A DNA stretch of 63,985 nt, the filler included, from Globobulimina sp. (lineage: Eukaryota): NCBI GenBank assembly GCA_003354225.1. It is 45 parts of 45 records of this genome, joined end to end, with 100 filler letters (N's around TTAATTAATTAA, not from the genome) between each part and the next. Parts side by side here need not be neighbours in the genome. Positions count along the whole stretch, not along the records: positions 61,240 to 62,562 come from PIVH01018658.1; positions 62,663 to 63,985 come from PIVH01018659.1; 43 more parts are not named here. One strand, given 5' to 3'. The notes beneath the pieces were generated by a model. The model saw only the letters and a list, made by a program, of their open reading frames with translations. It was not told the DNA's origin and ran no database searches. Of the stretch, positions 61,930-63,985 are shown one piece after another. Position 1 is the stretch's first letter, and each line of letters begins with the position of its first letter. The position numbers and the translations under genes were made by a program.

Positions 61930-62382
61930 GTGAGTAACAAAATGTTATTATCAGATCTAGTAAAAACAATGCACAAGAAGTTTCAAATCGCACATAGCGG
62001 TCCAATTCGTAGTCTGTCGGTTGACGAAAAAGAGTTCCGTGTTAAAGCAATGCAAGAAGAACTCGACGAGTATCGTGACGCTGAAACTCTTGAAGAAGAA
62101 TTTGATGCATTAATCGACTTAAAGGTTTTTGCAACAGGTACTTTGGAACGTCAAGGTATGTTGGGTATTTTACATGAAGGTATCTTGCGCGTCATGCGAG
62201 CTAACATGGCGAAAGAAATAACTGGCAAAGGTAATGAAAAACGTGGTGGTTTCAAACTTGATTTAGTTAAACCTGAAGGTTGGACTCCGCCGAGCCACGC
62301 TGATTTAATTGAACATGGCGGTAATCCAAAAGGTATAATCTTGCTTGAAGGTCCTGATGCAAGTGGCAAATCAACGTTGGCT
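61930..62382 (+). CDS. MazG/DR2231-like all-alpha NTP pyrophosphatase fused to the start of a P-loop NMP kinase
   Basis: EELDEY...DALIDL...VMRANMAK...VKPEGWTPP, then IILLEGPDASGKSTLA. Confidence 0.8.
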
Positions 62383-62562
62383 CACTTGCTTGTCGGTAAT
62401 GCCATACCTGAATCAGGTCATGTGCGAATTGATGGTGCTGATATGCATAACTGGAATCGTAGAGACCGTGGTAACCACCTGGGGTATCTGCCACAGGATG
62501 TAGCGCTGTTTGATGGCACAGTGAGTGAAAACATTGCCCGTATGGGCGCTTTTGAGGCTGAA
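62362..62562 (+). CDS. Type I secretion ABC ATPase (PrtD/AprD-like) fragment joined at the Walker A motif; probable chimera
   Basis: GKSTLAHLLVG...SGHVRIDGADMHNW...LGYLPQDVALFDGTVSENIAR. Confidence 0.75.
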
Positions 62563-62662
62563 NNNNNNNNNNNNNNNNNNNNNNNNNNNNNNNNNNNNNN
62601 NNNNNNTTAATTAATTAANNNNNNNNNNNNNNNNNNNNNNNNNNNNNNNNNNNNNNNNNNNN

Positions 62663-63958
62663 TACCACTGTCCGTTTTTGACGGTCTGGGTTAATTACTA
62701 TATGCAAACAGCTCGGATGCTGCAGCTCTGTTTTGCCTATGCTACAGTTTATATTTTTAAATTGCTGTCCATGCGCTAACACTGCAGTTTCTACAGTTAT
62801 ATCACTGTTTTTTTCTGGCAGTATACATATTATTGATAAATGTTCAAAACATCTATTCTTTAAACAATATAATATTTTATCAATCAATAAAAAAGACAAA
62901 TTAATTTGTTTAATCTCAATTTCTTGTAAATATGGAAATAATGCATTCACCTCTTCCCTTTTAAACCATTGTTCCTTTCGACAAAATATCAAATTCAACA
63001 AAAATGAATGCTTGGTTTTAAATGAAATACTGATTTTCTGTCTATTTTGAAAATACGTATTTATGAGTTGCTTTCCATAAACTGACAAAGAATTAAATGA
63101 TTGATATGTTTGTGGCAATTTGTATGATAATTGATTGGCCACTAACTGATTGATTAACGATTGCATTGACTCTGTAATTGCATGTTCCTCTTCTTTTCCT
63201 TCACATATTACATTTTCAATCATGTTCAAAGCAGCAAAAATGAGTTTATATTCCAATCCGGATCGCACATCAACAATATCAACAATATGCAATGACGCCA
63301 GACATTGAATGAATAAATATTCCGACTCATTGCCATAGTCAGAAAGCCACGACACAGAAAATGATTTCGCATCAAATGATGTCGCAAAGCCAAATTCTAC
63401 AATAATTCCTTTATTTTGCTTTGTAAAATTTGCAGCAACTTCAAAAGATGAAGATGTTGATAATGGCCCATGGATTATAACATTGCTACCAATGATGGCT
63501 GGAAACAACAAATGTTCAGCCATTCCGTGATAAAGTGATTTAATATTTTGCTCATTACACATCGCACCGAAATCATGAACAGCAATTTTCAAATATTTCG
63601 CAAAATAGTAATAATTATCATGTTTGTCAATATCATTTCGATACGTTTTACTAAATTTATGCTGTAAAGTGTCAAAATTACAATAAAGCATTAAAGAAAG
63701 CAACCATTCCACGTTCATTTTTGCATATTGTTCCTTTCGATAATTACTATTAAAATGAATTAAAGCTTTGTTATATTCACTGTTAAATTGTTCAACATTG
63801 ATTGTATGAATGTCATTCGTTATTAATTCATCTTTAAAACATTTATATTTTGCAACCACTGTTTTGGTATCACGGCCGCGGCCATGAGTCCGTTCACCAT
63901 AATAATTATAAACAAATTCTTGTCCAAAACTATACATTTTGTTGTCTAAATATTTCAT
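62663..63958 (-). CDS. ADP-ribosyltransferase-like (ARTC fold) domain protein, partial
   Basis: LSLMLYC...LYHG...LSTSSSFEVAANF...GIIVEF...VSWLSDYGNESEYLF. Confidence 0.65.
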
Positions 63959-63985
63959 TTCAAATTGATTAAATTTTTTTGATGT

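Noticed and set aside
1326-62662. Regularly spaced TTAATTAATTAA repeat suggesting an array or CRISPR
   Set aside because: It is an artificial six-frame-stop linker embedded in Ns; the ORF tails ending XXXLIN are artefacts of it.

Overview
This window is not contiguous genome. It is 45 unrelated contigs of 1323-1325 bp, sorted by length and joined by an artificial N44-TTAATTAATTAA-N44 linker, so adjacency across linkers means nothing. Most contigs are AT-rich, intron-containing genes of a unicellular eukaryote; the gene mix suggests a foraminifer or other rhizarian (inference). Recognisable genes include ATG8, DNMT2, RRN3, histone H4, myosin, AMP deaminase, katanin p60, NDUFS7, a SNARE, TMEM43 and tRNA-Ala. 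Foreign DNA is mixed in: a diatom-type plastid fragment (ycf46-ccs1), an anaerobic bacterial IclR plus molybdopterin oxidoreductase pair, a phage-like nucleotide-metabolism locus, and a spliced DDE transposase. Most striking are repeat elements inside coding genes that appear to supply their own splice sites: a tRNA-derived element found in two contigs (one copy with a 5-bp target duplication and an in-frame GT..AG exit from a glycerol-3-phosphate dehydrogenase gene), and an inverted-repeat element inside DNMT2. Also notable are a single orphan gene capped by inverted 57-bp hairpin arrays, a head-to-head ASCH-like paralog pair, two Penelope-like RTs with no C-terminal endonuclease, and an ATG8 with a hydrophobic N-terminal extension. 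All family assignments come from reading motifs by eye, without database searches.
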